Assembly: GCA_030266465.1 (NCBI GenBank) | Contig: JAJDIA010000001.1 | Coordinates: 1-59,946 of the forward strand | Length of the DNA stretch: 59,946 bases | DNA from: Parabacteroides sp. OttesenSCG-928-G21 | GTDB lineage: Bacteria > Bacteroidota > Bacteroidia > Bacteroidales > Tannerellaceae | Reading direction: 5' to 3' | Part shown: positions 1-10,353 of the stretch, piece after piece | Numbering within the stretch: the stretch's first letter is position 1 | Layout of the letters: every line of letters begins with the position of its first letter | The notes under the pieces: generated by a model | What the model saw: the letters and a program-made list of their open reading frames with translations, nothing else | What the model was told of the DNA's origin: nothing | The model's database searches: none | Made by a program: the position numbers and the translations under genes

Positions 1-279
1 GATGATTTGCCTGTCCAGTTGGAGTACAGGTTTGATTTCATCAATAATCCCTTCAACGTGCCATGGCTTTACTGCTATAATAATCATGTCAGCAGAACGA
101 GCTGCCTCCAGATTATCCTGTGTTATATGAATATCCGGATAGCCTTTTTTTAAATCCTGAAGAGCCGCTTCCGATAAACTTGTACAAGTAATGTCTGAAG
201 CCTTAAACAAAGTGCCTTTTGCTAAACCGCGGGCAATGGCTCCACCTATACTTCCCGCACCAATGATAGAAATCTTCAT
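1..279 (-). CDS. proC: pyrroline-5-carboxylate reductase; only the N-terminal 93 codons lie in the window (ORF runs off the left edge)
   Basis: Reverse-complement translation from the ATG at 277-279 gives MKISIIGAGSIGGAIARGLAKG...MIIIAVKPWHVEGIIDEIKPVLQLDRQII with no stop down to position 1. It carries the GxGxxG Rossmann motif and the AVKP motif typical of ProC. It is absent from the ORF track because the window truncates it; the track ORF 203..448 is a different frame. Confidence 0.8.
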   Translation of the reverse strand, partial: MKISIIGAGSIGGAIARGLAKGTLFKASDITCTSLSEAALQDLKKGYPDIHITQDNLEAARSADMIIIAVKPWHVEGIIDEIKPVLQLDRQII

Positions 280-392
280 GGATATGTAATTTGTTAAAAT
301 AATGATGTATAAAGATAACAAAAGTAGAGAAAATAATGGAATAATCGACAGGCTTGCTTAAATTTGCAGTCATAACTAAATGTATTAATAAG

Positions 393-1580
393 ATGAAGAA
401 ATTATTTTTAGTCATTTTTATAATGACTGGCTTGTTTACCTCTGCCAATGGGCAAGGTAATGAGGGGTATGTGTTTACCCCTGTAAAAGAGTTGAAAATA
501 ACTCCTATTCAAAACCAAAACCGTACAGGTACTTGCTGGTGTTTTTCTACATTGGCTTTTATTGAGTCGGAACTAATCCGTATGGGTAAAGGAGAACATA
601 ACTTCTCTGAAATGTTTGTTGTAAATCATACCTATAGGGATAAGGCAGAAAAATATGTTCGTATGCATGGAACAATGGAGTTTGCTGAAGGTGGGGCTTT
701 TGATGATGTCATCTATGCCATTAAACATTATGGATTGGTTCCTGAGGATGTAATGCCCGGCAAAGAGTATGGAGAAGATGCTCATGTTCATAGTGAGATG
801 GCAGCTGCCATGCGAGGTTATGTGGATGCGATAATTAAAAATCCTAACCGTAAATTATCTACAGCCTGGAAAAATGGTTTTAACGCTATTGCTGACGCCT
901 ATTTAGGTGAATTGCCGGAAAAATTTGTTTATCAGGGAAAGGAATACACGCCTTTAAGTCTGTTGAAAGAATTAGGATTGAATATGGATGATTATATCTC
1001 TTTAACATCGTATTCTCATCATCCTTTTTATGCAACATTTCCTTTAGAGATACCGGATAACTGGCGCTGGTCTGCTTCTTATAACTTACCCATAGATGAG
1101 TTAATGCAGGTTATGGATAATGCTGTGAATACGGGATATACAATTGCATGGGCTTCCGACGTAAGTGAAAACGGATTTACCCGTAATGGAATAGGGGTTA
1201 TGCCTGATGTTACAGCTATCGAGACTGCCGGATCTGATCAGGCTCGCTGGGTTGGATTAAGTGCTACGGAAAAAAATGCAGAGATACAAAAAATGATAGA
1301 TCAACCGGGTTTGCAAGAGCTTTGGGCTACTCAGGAAATGCGTCAGGAAGCTTTTGATAATTATCAGACTACTGATGATCATGGTATGCAGATTTATGGT
1401 ATAGCAAAAGACCAGAATGGAAAAAAGTTTTACATGGTGAAAAATTCATGGGGAACAGATAGTAAATACAACGGTATCTGGTATGTATCCGAAGCCTTTG
1501 CACGCTACAAAACAATGGATATAATTGTCCACAAAAATGCAATCCCAGCTGCAATTAAAACGAAGTTAGGATTGAGATAA
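393..1580 (+). CDS. C1-family cysteine peptidase (aminopeptidase C / bleomycin-hydrolase-like) with signal peptide
   Basis: The QNQNRTGTCWCFS active-site Cys context matches papain-like C1B enzymes. The start was moved to the ATG at 393 (MKKLFLVIFIMTGLFTSANG signal peptide) inside track ORF 354..1580. Confidence 0.85.
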   Translation: MKKLFLVIFIMTGLFTSANGQGNEGYVFTPVKELKITPIQNQNRTGTCWCFSTLAFIESELIRMGKGEHNFSEMFVVNHTYRDKAEKYVRMHGTMEFAEGGAFDDVIYAIKHYGLVPEDVMPGKEYGEDAHVHSEMAAAMRGYVDAIIKNPNRKLSTAWKNGFNAIADAYLGELPEKFVYQGKEYTPLSLLKELGLNMDDYISLTSYSHHPFYATFPLEIPDNWRWSASYNLPIDELMQVMDNAVNTGYTIAWASDVSENGFTRNGIGVMPDVTAIETAGSDQARWVGLSATEKNAEIQKMIDQPGLQELWATQEMRQEAFDNYQTTDDHGMQIYGIAKDQNGKKFYMVKNSWGTDSKYNGIWYVSEAFARYKTMDIIVHKNAIPAAIKTKLGLR

Positions 1581-1600
1581 TAAAAACAAATAGATAAAAA

Positions 1601-1634
1601 AATCGCTCAAGAAATCTTTTCTGAGCGATTTTTC
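1601..1634. terminator. bidirectional intrinsic terminator hairpin between convergent genes
   Basis: AATCGCTCA (1601-1609) pairs with TGAGCGATT (1622-1630). The stem is flanked by an A-run upstream and a T-run downstream. Confidence 0.7.
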
Positions 1635-1744
1635 TACTTAATAAAGGAAGTGAATGATTCATCTTCCGGTAACGGACCTACAATAAATACCTGAGAGTTT
1701 TTAATCTAATATCTAAGAACGGTTGATGTTACTTTATGATTGAA

Positions 1745-3508
1745 TTACCAACCTGGATTTTGTTTCAAGGGACCACCAACAATTTCTCCGCTCAACAAGA
1801 TCTCTTGTTGCGGAAATGGAAGTAATTCGTGCTTGCCTGTTTTAAAACCATATCCTGATTCATTTATGACCTGATTTTGTACTCCTAATGTGTAAGCAAT
1901 ACCATTAACAGTAACAGAGCCTTCGCTTCTGGAATTAAGATTTACCAAATTACCTTCACTATCATAAGTTGCCCCCTCAGTATAGGCAGAAAAATAAGGA
2001 ATGTCAGCACCCTGATCTTTCATGTTTGTTGAAGCAAGTCCCCAGCGTATAAGGTCGTATGAACGAGTACCTTCAAGATATAGTTCACAACGTTTTTCTT
2101 GTTGTAAGTCTGAAAGTGTAATATTTGACATGTCCGCCAATCCAGCTCTTCTACGTACCTGATTCATATATTGGTCAGCCTTACCTTGATTGCCAATCAT
2201 TAGATTAGCTTCAGCTGCCAGTAACAAAACTTCGGCATAACGCATAATAGGATAATTTTTTTCAGTAGCATGGTTAGTAATACAATCAAGATTTTGATCC
2301 CTGAAATACTTCATGTCAAACACACCATCACTTGCATAAATAGTGTAGATCCCGTTTTTCACACCTACTCCCATATCGTTTACAAGCTGTTCATAGGTTC
2401 TGATACTTCCATGCATACGGTCATTGTCGGCACCTTGCCAGGCAACCATAGCATCATAAGCTTCCCGGCGTGGAGTCAGGAAGTTACTTGCGCGGTTACA
2501 AGGAACTATTGTTCCGTATGCGGTTATAGCAGCATTGTCCCATCCGATCATATACGATTCGAAACCTGCTGAAAGATTTGTTCCTGTATTGGATGCGTTA
2601 AATATGCGATTAAATTCATACATATTTTCAGAAGACCAGTTTGTTGCATTCTTTAGGATATCAACGAATGGTCCGTCATAGAGGGCATACATGTTGCTAT
2701 TGATGAGTGTTTCAAAAACTTCCGCAGCTTTTGACCAATATTCGGATGTCTGAGCTTTTGCTACTGCTGCAGTAGCTTGTTCGCCTCCTAAAGCTCCACC
2801 ATTTAATGAATAAGTCATAAATACATATGCTTTGCCTAAAAGGGCTTGAGCATAACCCGTTGTTACATTAGCAACAGCATCGTTTACGGATTTTTTCTGT
2901 GGTAAGTCGCCAGAACTGAGCGCTTGAGTCAGGTCAGTTACAACGAGATTCCAAAGCTCTTCCGGATTTCCATTCGGTTGCTGATATTCGTCAGGTGTTA
3001 GACAATGATCAACTAATGGTGGAGTACCCCACAACGTGATTAATTCTGTGTAAGCCCATGCGCGCCATACTTTAGCTTGTGCTACGGCACTTTTCTTTGT
3101 AGTCGTATCAAGATTATCTCCTGAAAAATTATCAATAATAAGATTGCAGCGATAAATGAAGTTATAGAGCAACTGGAAATAGCTTAATACGAAAGGATTT
3201 TCTGCTTCAAAAGTAAACTCATTTATGGCTTCATAGAGTGCCTGGTCATTTCTTTTCAAGCCTCCTGAATAGATATCGTCACTCATGATATTTTTCATGA
3301 AAGGATATATTCCATTGTTACTGCTGTAAGTAACATTCCAAAGATATCTGTAAACTACCGCAAGGGCAGCTTCGGCATCCTCATCTGTTTTATAAAAATC
3401 ACTTTGAGGCATTACACCTTTACGAGGAATATCCAGCAAATCGTCACTGCATGAAGTAATCGCAGTTAAAACAGCTATGATTCCAATCAATAAATATTTT
3501 ATTTTCAT
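1745..3508 (-). CDS. susD: SusD/RagB-family nutrient-binding outer-membrane lipoprotein
   Basis: Lipobox (LTAITSCSDD), size near 590 aa, TPR-like SusD sequence character, and position immediately downstream of a SusC-type gene. The start is set at the ATG at 3508 (MKIKYLL); the track start at 3517 is a TTG. Confidence 0.9.
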   Translation of the reverse strand: MKIKYLLIGIIAVLTAITSCSDDLLDIPRKGVMPQSDFYKTDEDAEAALAVVYRYLWNVTYSSNNGIYPFMKNIMSDDIYSGGLKRNDQALYEAINEFTFEAENPFVLSYFQLLYNFIYRCNLIIDNFSGDNLDTTTKKSAVAQAKVWRAWAYTELITLWGTPPLVDHCLTPDEYQQPNGNPEELWNLVVTDLTQALSSGDLPQKKSVNDAVANVTTGYAQALLGKAYVFMTYSLNGGALGGEQATAAVAKAQTSEYWSKAAEVFETLINSNMYALYDGPFVDILKNATNWSSENMYEFNRIFNASNTGTNLSAGFESYMIGWDNAAITAYGTIVPCNRASNFLTPRREAYDAMVAWQGADNDRMHGSIRTYEQLVNDMGVGVKNGIYTIYASDGVFDMKYFRDQNLDCITNHATEKNYPIMRYAEVLLLAAEANLMIGNQGKADQYMNQVRRRAGLADMSNITLSDLQQEKRCELYLEGTRSYDLIRWGLASTNMKDQGADIPYFSAYTEGATYDSEGNLVNLNSRSEGSVTVNGIAYTLGVQNQVINESGYGFKTGKHELLPFPQQEILLSGEIVGGPLKQNPGW

Positions 3509-3541
3509 AATATACAATTTAAAAGAGTAAAATTCAAATAA

Positions 3542-6500
3542 TTAGAAAGTAAGGTTTACACCAAGAATATAGTTTCTGTTATTTGGATATCTTCCGGAAT
3601 CTATACCCATAGAATTACCGGAACTCATAATTTCAGGGTCAAATCCCGGATAATCGGTGATCGTGAACAAATTTTCGCATGAAGCGTAAATTCTCAGATT
3701 TTCAATTAACAATTTCTTTGTTAGATTTGAAGGTATAGTGTATCCGACTTGTAATTGTTTTAGTTTAAAATAGTCTCCCTTGAATATCTGCGCATCACTG
3801 ACATAATAGTAACCCACATCATCCATACCGACTTTAGGAACATTTGTGTTTCTATTCGTTTCTGTCCAGGCATCTTCCAGAAGATAGGCAGGTACATTAG
3901 ACTGAAGTTGGAATGCGCGTGTTACGGTTTGGAAAATTTTATTTCCTCCTTGTCCTGCCCCGAAAACGATGAGGTCAAAATTCTTGTAGTTGGCAGTAAT
4001 AGTCAAACCATAACTGTATGTAGGAATACCGCTTCCACAATCAACTTTATCATCTGCATCAAGTATGCCGTTATCATTAACATCATAAAATGTGGGATTC
4101 CCGTTTTCGTCTACACCAGTATAGTGATAGGTTTTGAAGTGCCACATCGGATAGCCTTGTTCGAACCAGGTTACCGTTTGACTATCTTGTGAGGCGCCGG
4201 CAATATAAGTAAGTGTGCTGGTTATTTCCTTCACTTCATTTTTTAGAGTTGTGAAATTCCCACTTATTGAATAACTGAAATCTTTGCCAATTTGATCTCT
4301 CCATGTTACTTCGAATTCATGGCCCATATTTTCTACTTTTCCCGCATTGAATGGGGAAGCAGTAATGCCCATAACATAGGATGGAGTGATACCTGTCAAA
4401 ATAAGGTCTTTTGTAGTTTTCTTATACCAATCGTACGAGAATGACAGGCGGTTGTTCAATAAGCGTACATCAAACCCAAGGTCGAGTTGTTCGGAGGTTT
4501 CCCATTTTAAGTTCTCATTACCCGCTGTTGAAGGCAATTTTCCTGTAACATATATCATTTGATCCGGATTGAAAGAGTATACCTGACTTGAAGCAATAGC
4601 ACTTTGCCAAGTATAATTACTTAAACCGGCAGTTGATCCGTTTTGTCCCCATGAAGCGCGAAGTTTTAAATGTGAGATACTATTGATATCTTTCATGAAA
4701 TCTTCATTAGAAACAGTCCATCCAACTGAACCTGCCGGGAAATACCCCCAACGTCCATTTGCAGGGAGTTGAGAAAGGTCGGCAGCATCTGCCCGAAGAG
4801 AAGCCTGGAAGAAATATTTATTGTCATAATCATAATTGATACGACCATAGTATGCTATTTTTCTTCCGGTATATTCTTCTCCGCCAGAGGCAGTTTGAGA
4901 ATAACTTCCGCTTTTATAAGCAAAATAAGCATATAGGGGGTCAAGATTTTGGAAGCCACTATTTGTTCCTGTTCCTTGAACTCTGCCTGTAACGTATGAA
5001 CTTCGATTTTGTATATACGACATACCTGCCATAAGAGTCATGTTGTGTAATCCGAATGATTTAGTATAATTGGCAAAGTTTTCCCATTGATATCCTTCAC
5101 CTGTTCTTTCTGTTGCTTCTACAGTCTGATTATAGGATGATGACTGAGAACTGTAAACGCCCGGAAGTTCTTGGGAATATGAACGTTGGGAATTGATATT
5201 ATATCCTAATCGCGAAGTGAATATAAAGTCTTTTATAGGGGTGAATATTAAAGCTGTTGTACCATTAATACTTGAACCTTTAGACCATGCATTACTTCTG
5301 TTAAGCGTATTTATCGGATTTACATCATCCCCGGTAGAATAAACCGGAAGAGTAGCGTAGTTGCCGTCTTTATCCTGAATAAGGTTATAACCCTGATCAA
5401 TATAAGATGCCATATGGCTTGTCGGTTCTGAAACGGTAGGAGTGAAAAGCGGACTCATACGCATAGCAGATCCAAACACATTGGCGCCCCCGTTTGTCTT
5501 TGCATACGAGATATTATTATTCGTTGTGACTTTCAACCACGGTTTTACCTGATATTCACCATTAAAAGTAGCAGTATAACGAACATACTTGTCTTTTGTT
5601 CCGATAACGGGACCATCATTCGTATTTGATGATAAGGCTATATAATAAGCCATATCACTATTACCTCCCGAAAAAGCAAGATTATGTCTTGTCAATATAC
5701 CTGTACCGAATATATGGCCGAGCCAGTCGGTATCAGTAGTTCTGTCTCCCCAGTCTGCATCGAGTGCTGATTGGTTAGAAGCACTTAAAGTCGTTTGATA
5801 GTCATAAAATTGTTGGGCATTGAGCATGGTAGGAACATTGTTGTTCGATTGCCAGGAATTCATAAAGCGATATTGAATACTCCCTTTAGTACTTCTATCT
5901 CCCTTTTTAGTCGTAATTAAAATAACACCATTACCTGCTCGAGCACCATAGATGGCTGCTGCTGAGGCATCTTTCAGAATCTCCATGGACTCGATATCAT
6001 CGGAGTCCAGATAGTTGATGTCATTAACCTGACGTCCGTCGACTACGTAAAGAGGATCATTGTTGGAGTTTGATCCCATACCACGAACGCGTACACTACC
6101 GGCAGTACCGGGTTGACCTGAAGATAAGAAGATTTGTACACCTGCCGTTTTCCCTTGTAATGCTTGTGTAGCATCAGAGAAAGCACGGTTTTCCATATCC
6201 TCGGATTTAACTTGAGATATGGCTCCTGTTACCTGGCTTTTCTTCTGCACACCGTAACCAACAACGATTACTTCATCCAAGGTTTGTGTGTCTTCAGCGA
6301 GAGTTACAGAAATATTCGTCTGATTTTCAACAGGAATTTCTCTGGTAACGTATCCAATATAAGAAACAACTAAAATGGCGTTATTAGGTACATTCTGGAT
6401 CCGAACATTCCCATCTAAATTTGTTACATCCCCATTAGTTGTGCCTTTAATAATAACATTAGCCCCAATTACGGGTCCCATGTTATCAACAACAGTCACT

Positions 6501-6640
6501 GTAATCGTACGTCCTTGCAGAACGTCGTCTACAATCGCATCAGATGTATTCCGAACATTATCGACTGCCCATATATTAGTACTGAACAGTAATAGTAATG
6601 TTCCTAAAAACATCTTTTTACAAAAAATAGATTTACTCAT
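3542..6640 (-). CDS. susC: SusC/RagA-family TonB-dependent outer-membrane transporter
   Basis: 1032 aa with a signal peptide and an N-terminal carboxypeptidase-regulatory-like domain (TVVDNMGPVIGANVIIKGTTNG). It also has a plug domain and the C-terminal beta-barrel ending NYILGVNLTF. Confidence 0.93.
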   Translation of the reverse strand: MSKSIFCKKMFLGTLLLLFSTNIWAVDNVRNTSDAIVDDVLQGRTITVTVVDNMGPVIGANVIIKGTTNGDVTNLDGNVRIQNVPNNAILVVSYIGYVTREIPVENQTNISVTLAEDTQTLDEVIVVGYGVQKKSQVTGAISQVKSEDMENRAFSDATQALQGKTAGVQIFLSSGQPGTAGSVRVRGMGSNSNNDPLYVVDGRQVNDINYLDSDDIESMEILKDASAAAIYGARAGNGVILITTKKGDRSTKGSIQYRFMNSWQSNNNVPTMLNAQQFYDYQTTLSASNQSALDADWGDRTTDTDWLGHIFGTGILTRHNLAFSGGNSDMAYYIALSSNTNDGPVIGTKDKYVRYTATFNGEYQVKPWLKVTTNNNISYAKTNGGANVFGSAMRMSPLFTPTVSEPTSHMASYIDQGYNLIQDKDGNYATLPVYSTGDDVNPINTLNRSNAWSKGSSINGTTALIFTPIKDFIFTSRLGYNINSQRSYSQELPGVYSSQSSSYNQTVEATERTGEGYQWENFANYTKSFGLHNMTLMAGMSYIQNRSSYVTGRVQGTGTNSGFQNLDPLYAYFAYKSGSYSQTASGGEEYTGRKIAYYGRINYDYDNKYFFQASLRADAADLSQLPANGRWGYFPAGSVGWTVSNEDFMKDINSISHLKLRASWGQNGSTAGLSNYTWQSAIASSQVYSFNPDQMIYVTGKLPSTAGNENLKWETSEQLDLGFDVRLLNNRLSFSYDWYKKTTKDLILTGITPSYVMGITASPFNAGKVENMGHEFEVTWRDQIGKDFSYSISGNFTTLKNEVKEITSTLTYIAGASQDSQTVTWFEQGYPMWHFKTYHYTGVDENGNPTFYDVNDNGILDADDKVDCGSGIPTYSYGLTITANYKNFDLIVFGAGQGGNKIFQTVTRAFQLQSNVPAYLLEDAWTETNRNTNVPKVGMDDVGYYYVSDAQIFKGDYFKLKQLQVGYTIPSNLTKKLLIENLRIYASCENLFTITDYPGFDPEIMSSGNSMGIDSGRYPNNRNYILGVNLTF

Positions 6641-6788
6641 GTGTGATTAGATTTAAAGATTAATATAAAAGAGCAAAGTTTTATTATCAAATTATGAGAG
6701 TAGGTATAAGAGCTGATAGGCTTTTAATACGCTTGTGTTTATCGTTATTAATTTTGTTATAAAAAAGGACCACCGTTTTAGCGAGTTT

Positions 6789-6819
6789 AAATAGCACGGA
6801 ATTTTCATCCGTGCTATTT
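6789..6819. other. 12-bp perfect stem-loop between the Tat-signal gene and susC (possible intra-operon attenuator or processing site)
   Basis: AAATAGCACGGA (6789-6800) pairs with TCCGTGCTATTT (6808-6819). There is no strong U-run on the minus-strand transcript. Confidence 0.4.
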
Positions 6820-6869
6820 ATTATTTAAGACGCATGAGAAAAAAAGATTTTGGAAATGGTGGTTATTTT

Positions 6870-7865
6870 TTAAGCATACCAAGGACGTTTCCGATTTCCA
6901 AGGCTTGCTATTGTTTCATTAAAGATGTTTACATCTTGAATCATGTTGAAGTCAAACATGCCTAAGCAGATAAAGTCTCCACCGTTTTCAAGGCCATATC
7001 TGATTCCGTCAGCAGGAGGAATTGCACCGGCAGCAAGTACTTTAAATGCAATGAATGGTTCTTTTCTCCCTTCAAAGAAGGCAATCGTTCCGTCCGGATC
7101 ATCACAATACCTGTTATCCCTTGCCGGTTCGCCCGGACGTGCAGACCAATAATTATGATGATGCAAAGTTTTCATCCAAAAATCAGGAACAAGCCCATTG
7201 GCAACACATGCTTTTAATGATTCGATATGGTGTGCTCCTATACCTGCGGGCATTCCTGCTTTTCTAAAAACTTCAAGTCCTTTTTCAATACTTTTAAAAT
7301 CACCTGCTTTCACGAGCCGGTCGGTCATTTCTCCCTGACAATAACCGGCAACGCAACCGCCATCAATTGATTCCTGAGCAGCAGTAGCAAATTCACCACT
7401 ACCACAATCCGAAATCCATTTGATTTTACCAATTCCACGAGACCAGTATTTATTCAATATTGGAATCATTGTAGGGTGACCTAAAATAGTATCTACACCG
7501 CAATTCTCTGCCATTTGGAATATCTCCATTTTCTTGTCGTCTGTCAAATATGCCCTGGCTAATGATCCGACATAATTTAGATCACGAGAATGTAACCATC
7601 CGCCAATAGGATTACCACCAAGGATCAGCTTGGAAAATTCCACATTTCCGATTTTGCCTTTGGCTGTAACTGGTCCTTGCAGTGTGTTTTGCTGAGCTTG
7701 CATAGCTGCCCGCTGTTCCGGAGTCATTCTTGTTTGTGGTAAAGCATCTACAGGAACAGCTGTTGAATGATTAAAAACTTCAGCTGAAGCTTTTCCGCTT
7801 AACATCAGACCTGCAGTTGCAAGTCCACCTGTTTTTAGAAATTCTAATCTTGATATTTTTTTCAT
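6870..7865 (-). CDS. uncharacterised exported protein with a Tat-like signal; paralogue of the C-terminal domain of 15804..17330
   Basis: N-terminus MKKISRLEFLKTGGLATAGLMLSGKASA. It shares long motif blocks with 15804..17330: GGWxHSRDLxYVGSL, ISDC, QGExTDR, AGIGAH, PDFWxKTxHHHNYWSAR, KVxAAGAI, RKRPW. I do not recognise the family. Confidence 0.75.
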   Translation of the reverse strand: MKKISRLEFLKTGGLATAGLMLSGKASAEVFNHSTAVPVDALPQTRMTPEQRAAMQAQQNTLQGPVTAKGKIGNVEFSKLILGGNPIGGWLHSRDLNYVGSLARAYLTDDKKMEIFQMAENCGVDTILGHPTMIPILNKYWSRGIGKIKWISDCGSGEFATAAQESIDGGCVAGYCQGEMTDRLVKAGDFKSIEKGLEVFRKAGMPAGIGAHHIESLKACVANGLVPDFWMKTLHHHNYWSARPGEPARDNRYCDDPDGTIAFFEGRKEPFIAFKVLAAGAIPPADGIRYGLENGGDFICLGMFDFNMIQDVNIFNETIASLGNRKRPWYA

Positions 7866-7901
7866 CTCAATAACTATTTAATGGTTTATAATTTTATTGT
7901 A

Positions 7902-8822
7902 TTAATATTCCGTTGTCTCATCCAATAAAGCGGCGCCAATCAACGGAGCATTATCACCAAGGGAAGAATGAACAATTTCTATTTTTTGTGCAACAGCAGA
8001 ATAAGCATGCTTTTGCACAAATTCTCTTAATGGATTTAATAATAAATGATCCGGTGCATTACTGATTCCTCCACTGATTGCGATCATTTCCAGACTGATA
8101 AGATTAATAAGATTAACCATGCCGATCCCAAGACTATGTACTACCTGTTCTGTTATTTTCAGTGCCGCTTTGTTGCCGGATTCAGCTAATTGATAAATAT
8201 CTTTTACTTTTAGGTTGTCGCCTAATGCTTTTCCAGCTTGTGTAATCGCTAATCCTGCGCAATACGTTTCCAGACAACCTTTACGGCCACAGTTACATTG
8301 CGGACCATTGGGGTCAAGCAACTGATGGCCAAATTCTCCGGCCGTATTATAGCCGCCATGAAAAATCATGCCATTGATTATCAAACCACAACCAATACCG
8401 GTGCCGATAGTAATAGCTGCTATATTGTTGTAATTCTTACCGGCTCCCACACAGTATTCGCCCCAAGCAGCAGCTCTGGAGTCTTGACCCAGATATATCG
8501 GACAATTAAATGTGTAGGCTATTTTTGATTTCACATCTACATTCCTGAAAAAGATATTAGGTGCAAAAACGACTATACCTTTTTGGGACTCAACAGTTCC
8601 GGGAAATCCAAGGCCGATAGATGCGATATCGTTATTTGAAAGATCTAATTTTTTCAATAAGGCTTTAATATTGTAGATAATAGATTCGATAATCATTTCG
8701 CTGTCTCCGCGTCCTGATTGTGTATGTGCCGTAATCTTATCAATTATACGTCCGTCAGCGGTAACGGCACCAACATTAATAGTCGTTCCACCTACATCTA
8801 CTCCAATATTAATTTTATCCAT
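7902..8822 (-). CDS. ROK-family sugar kinase
   Basis: N-terminal ATP-binding DVGGT motif and the ROK zinc motif CNCGRKGCLETY. Confidence 0.88.
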   Translation of the reverse strand: MDKINIGVDVGGTTINVGAVTADGRIIDKITAHTQSGRGDSEMIIESIIYNIKALLKKLDLSNNDIASIGLGFPGTVESQKGIVVFAPNIFFRNVDVKSKIAYTFNCPIYLGQDSRAAAWGEYCVGAGKNYNNIAAITIGTGIGCGLIINGMIFHGGYNTAGEFGHQLLDPNGPQCNCGRKGCLETYCAGLAITQAGKALGDNLKVKDIYQLAESGNKAALKITEQVVHSLGIGMVNLINLISLEMIAISGGISNAPDHLLLNPLREFVQKHAYSAVAQKIEIVHSSLGDNAPLIGAALLDETTEY

Positions 8823-8825
8823 GAT

Positions 8826-9269
8826 TTAATGTGTGTTTTCGTATGCTGCAATTTTTTCGATTCGAGCTGCATGGCGGCCACCTTCAAAAGGCGTATTCAG
8901 CCATTCGTCAATAATCATCTTTGCAAGTTCTATTCCTATAACTCTCCCCCCCAATGAAAGGACATTGGTGTTGTTGTGCTCACGAGATAATTTGGCTGAA
9001 TATGGTTCGCTACACACAATACATCGTATGCCTTTTACTTTATTTGCCGCGATAGAGATTCCCACACCGGTTCCGCAACAAAGTATACCACATTCAAATT
9101 CTCCTTTTGCAACAGCTTCACCTACAGCAAAGCCATAATCGCAATAATCAACACTTTCTTTTGAATATGTGCCAAAGTCTGACACCTGATGTCCTTTATT
9201 TAAAATGTATTCTTTGATCTGCTCTTTGAATTCGTAAGCAGCATGATCTGAGCCTATAGCTATTTTCAT
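8826..9269 (-). CDS. rpiB: RpiB/LacA/LacB-family sugar-phosphate isomerase
   Basis: MKIAIGSDHAAYEFKEQI...CGTGVGISIAANK is typical of RpiB. The start is set at the ATG at 9269; the track's longer ORF would overlap the upstream permease gene. Confidence 0.88.
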   Translation of the reverse strand: MKIAIGSDHAAYEFKEQIKEYILNKGHQVSDFGTYSKESVDYCDYGFAVGEAVAKGEFECGILCCGTGVGISIAANKVKGIRCIVCSEPYSAKLSREHNNTNVLSLGGRVIGIELAKMIIDEWLNTPFEGGRHAARIEKIAAYENTH

Positions 9270-9279
9270 CGTATATGTT

Positions 9280-10299
9280 TCATTTTGAAAGCGTAAGTAA
9301 AACAACACCTGCTGCGAAGAACAAGAACATCAATGCAATAAGCTTATTAGTGCCTTTAGGCGCACCCCTAAACTCTTTCCACACGAATACTCCCCAGATT
9401 GCTGCAATCATCGGGTTACTTTGACCAAGTGCATAAGCCACTGCAGCTCCTACCATACCGGAAGCAATAATATTAAAGGTAGTACCTGTTGCATTAATCA
9501 TACCTCCGGTGATACCGATAATATGATCTTTGGCAGATTGTTTGAAATATCCTTTATAAGTAACCGGCTCACCTTTGAAAGGATGACGCATTACATACGT
9601 ATTATAAATAAAATTGGAAAGGAAAGATGCGCCGGCAAATACAACCACTGCCGAGTATGGTGTAAATTTACCTGTGCCGGTAATGCTTGATAAACTTTCT
9701 GCATTAAGCACCGTTGGCATGGAATTCTGAAGCAGATAATAGAATAGCCCCATAAGAAAACCACCAATGATAGCCAGCTTGATACCCTTTTTTACCATAA
9801 CTTTATCCTCTTCCTTAGTATTCATCTTAGCATATGCCCGTGCATTGATAACTATGGCGATAACGACACATAGCATACCGGCAAATATTAAGATAGGATC
9901 GCCTTCCGGTTTCGCGATGTAATTTAGTATTACCCCCAAGACAAGTGAGAATCCCATTCCAACAGGGAATGCCACAGCCATACCTGCAATATCAACCGAT
10001 GCAACAAATATGATGTTTGCAAGATTGAAAACAAACGCAGCGCCTATAGCCCATAGCCATGAAGAGGCATCAGCTTCAAGTAAATTTGGAATAAATGCCT
10101 GTCCTTCTTGCCCGATTGATCCCATTGTTAAAGCCAATATCAATGGCAACAAAATATAACCAATCGCCTGATCCCAGTAATAATAGGAATAAGAATAGCC
10201 TTTGCTCTGCATTTTAAGCATATTGGCATGTGAACCCCAGCAAATCATAGTGATGACACACATCAAAATGGCAACGTTATAAGAGTCAACTATATACAT
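9280..10299 (-). CDS. DMT-superfamily sugar permease (GRP/RhaT-like, about 10 TM)
   Basis: 339 aa, hydrophobic throughout. Its size and position among sugar-phosphate genes fit a glucose/ribose-porter-type permease. Confidence 0.6.
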   Translation of the reverse strand: MYIVDSYNVAILMCVITMICWGSHANMLKMQSKGYSYSYYYWDQAIGYILLPLILALTMGSIGQEGQAFIPNLLEADASSWLWAIGAAFVFNLANIIFVASVDIAGMAVAFPVGMGFSLVLGVILNYIAKPEGDPILIFAGMLCVVIAIVINARAYAKMNTKEEDKVMVKKGIKLAIIGGFLMGLFYYLLQNSMPTVLNAESLSSITGTGKFTPYSAVVVFAGASFLSNFIYNTYVMRHPFKGEPVTYKGYFKQSAKDHIIGITGGMINATGTTFNIIASGMVGAAVAYALGQSNPMIAAIWGVFVWKEFRGAPKGTNKLIALMFLFFAAGVVLLTLSK

Positions 10300-10353
10300 A
10301 CTTCAGTCGTTTTAATTAATTATTTAGTATTAGATATTTTTTATCTGTTGTTT

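Noticed and set aside
203-448. 81-aa minus-strand track ORF at the left edge
   Set aside because: It overlaps the C1 peptidase start region and is in a different frame from the clear ProC N-terminus (1-279). Its low-complexity hydrophobic sequence has no homology features.
2270-2572. Numerous 60-140-aa antisense or out-of-frame track ORFs nested inside long genes (for example 2270..2572, 3908..4192, 6375..6650, 19797..20201, 22447..23103, 26136..26534, 37533..38138, 54510..54860)
   Set aside because: Each lies wholly within a longer ORF with clear family motifs. They have biased, low-complexity translations and no independent start context or terminators.
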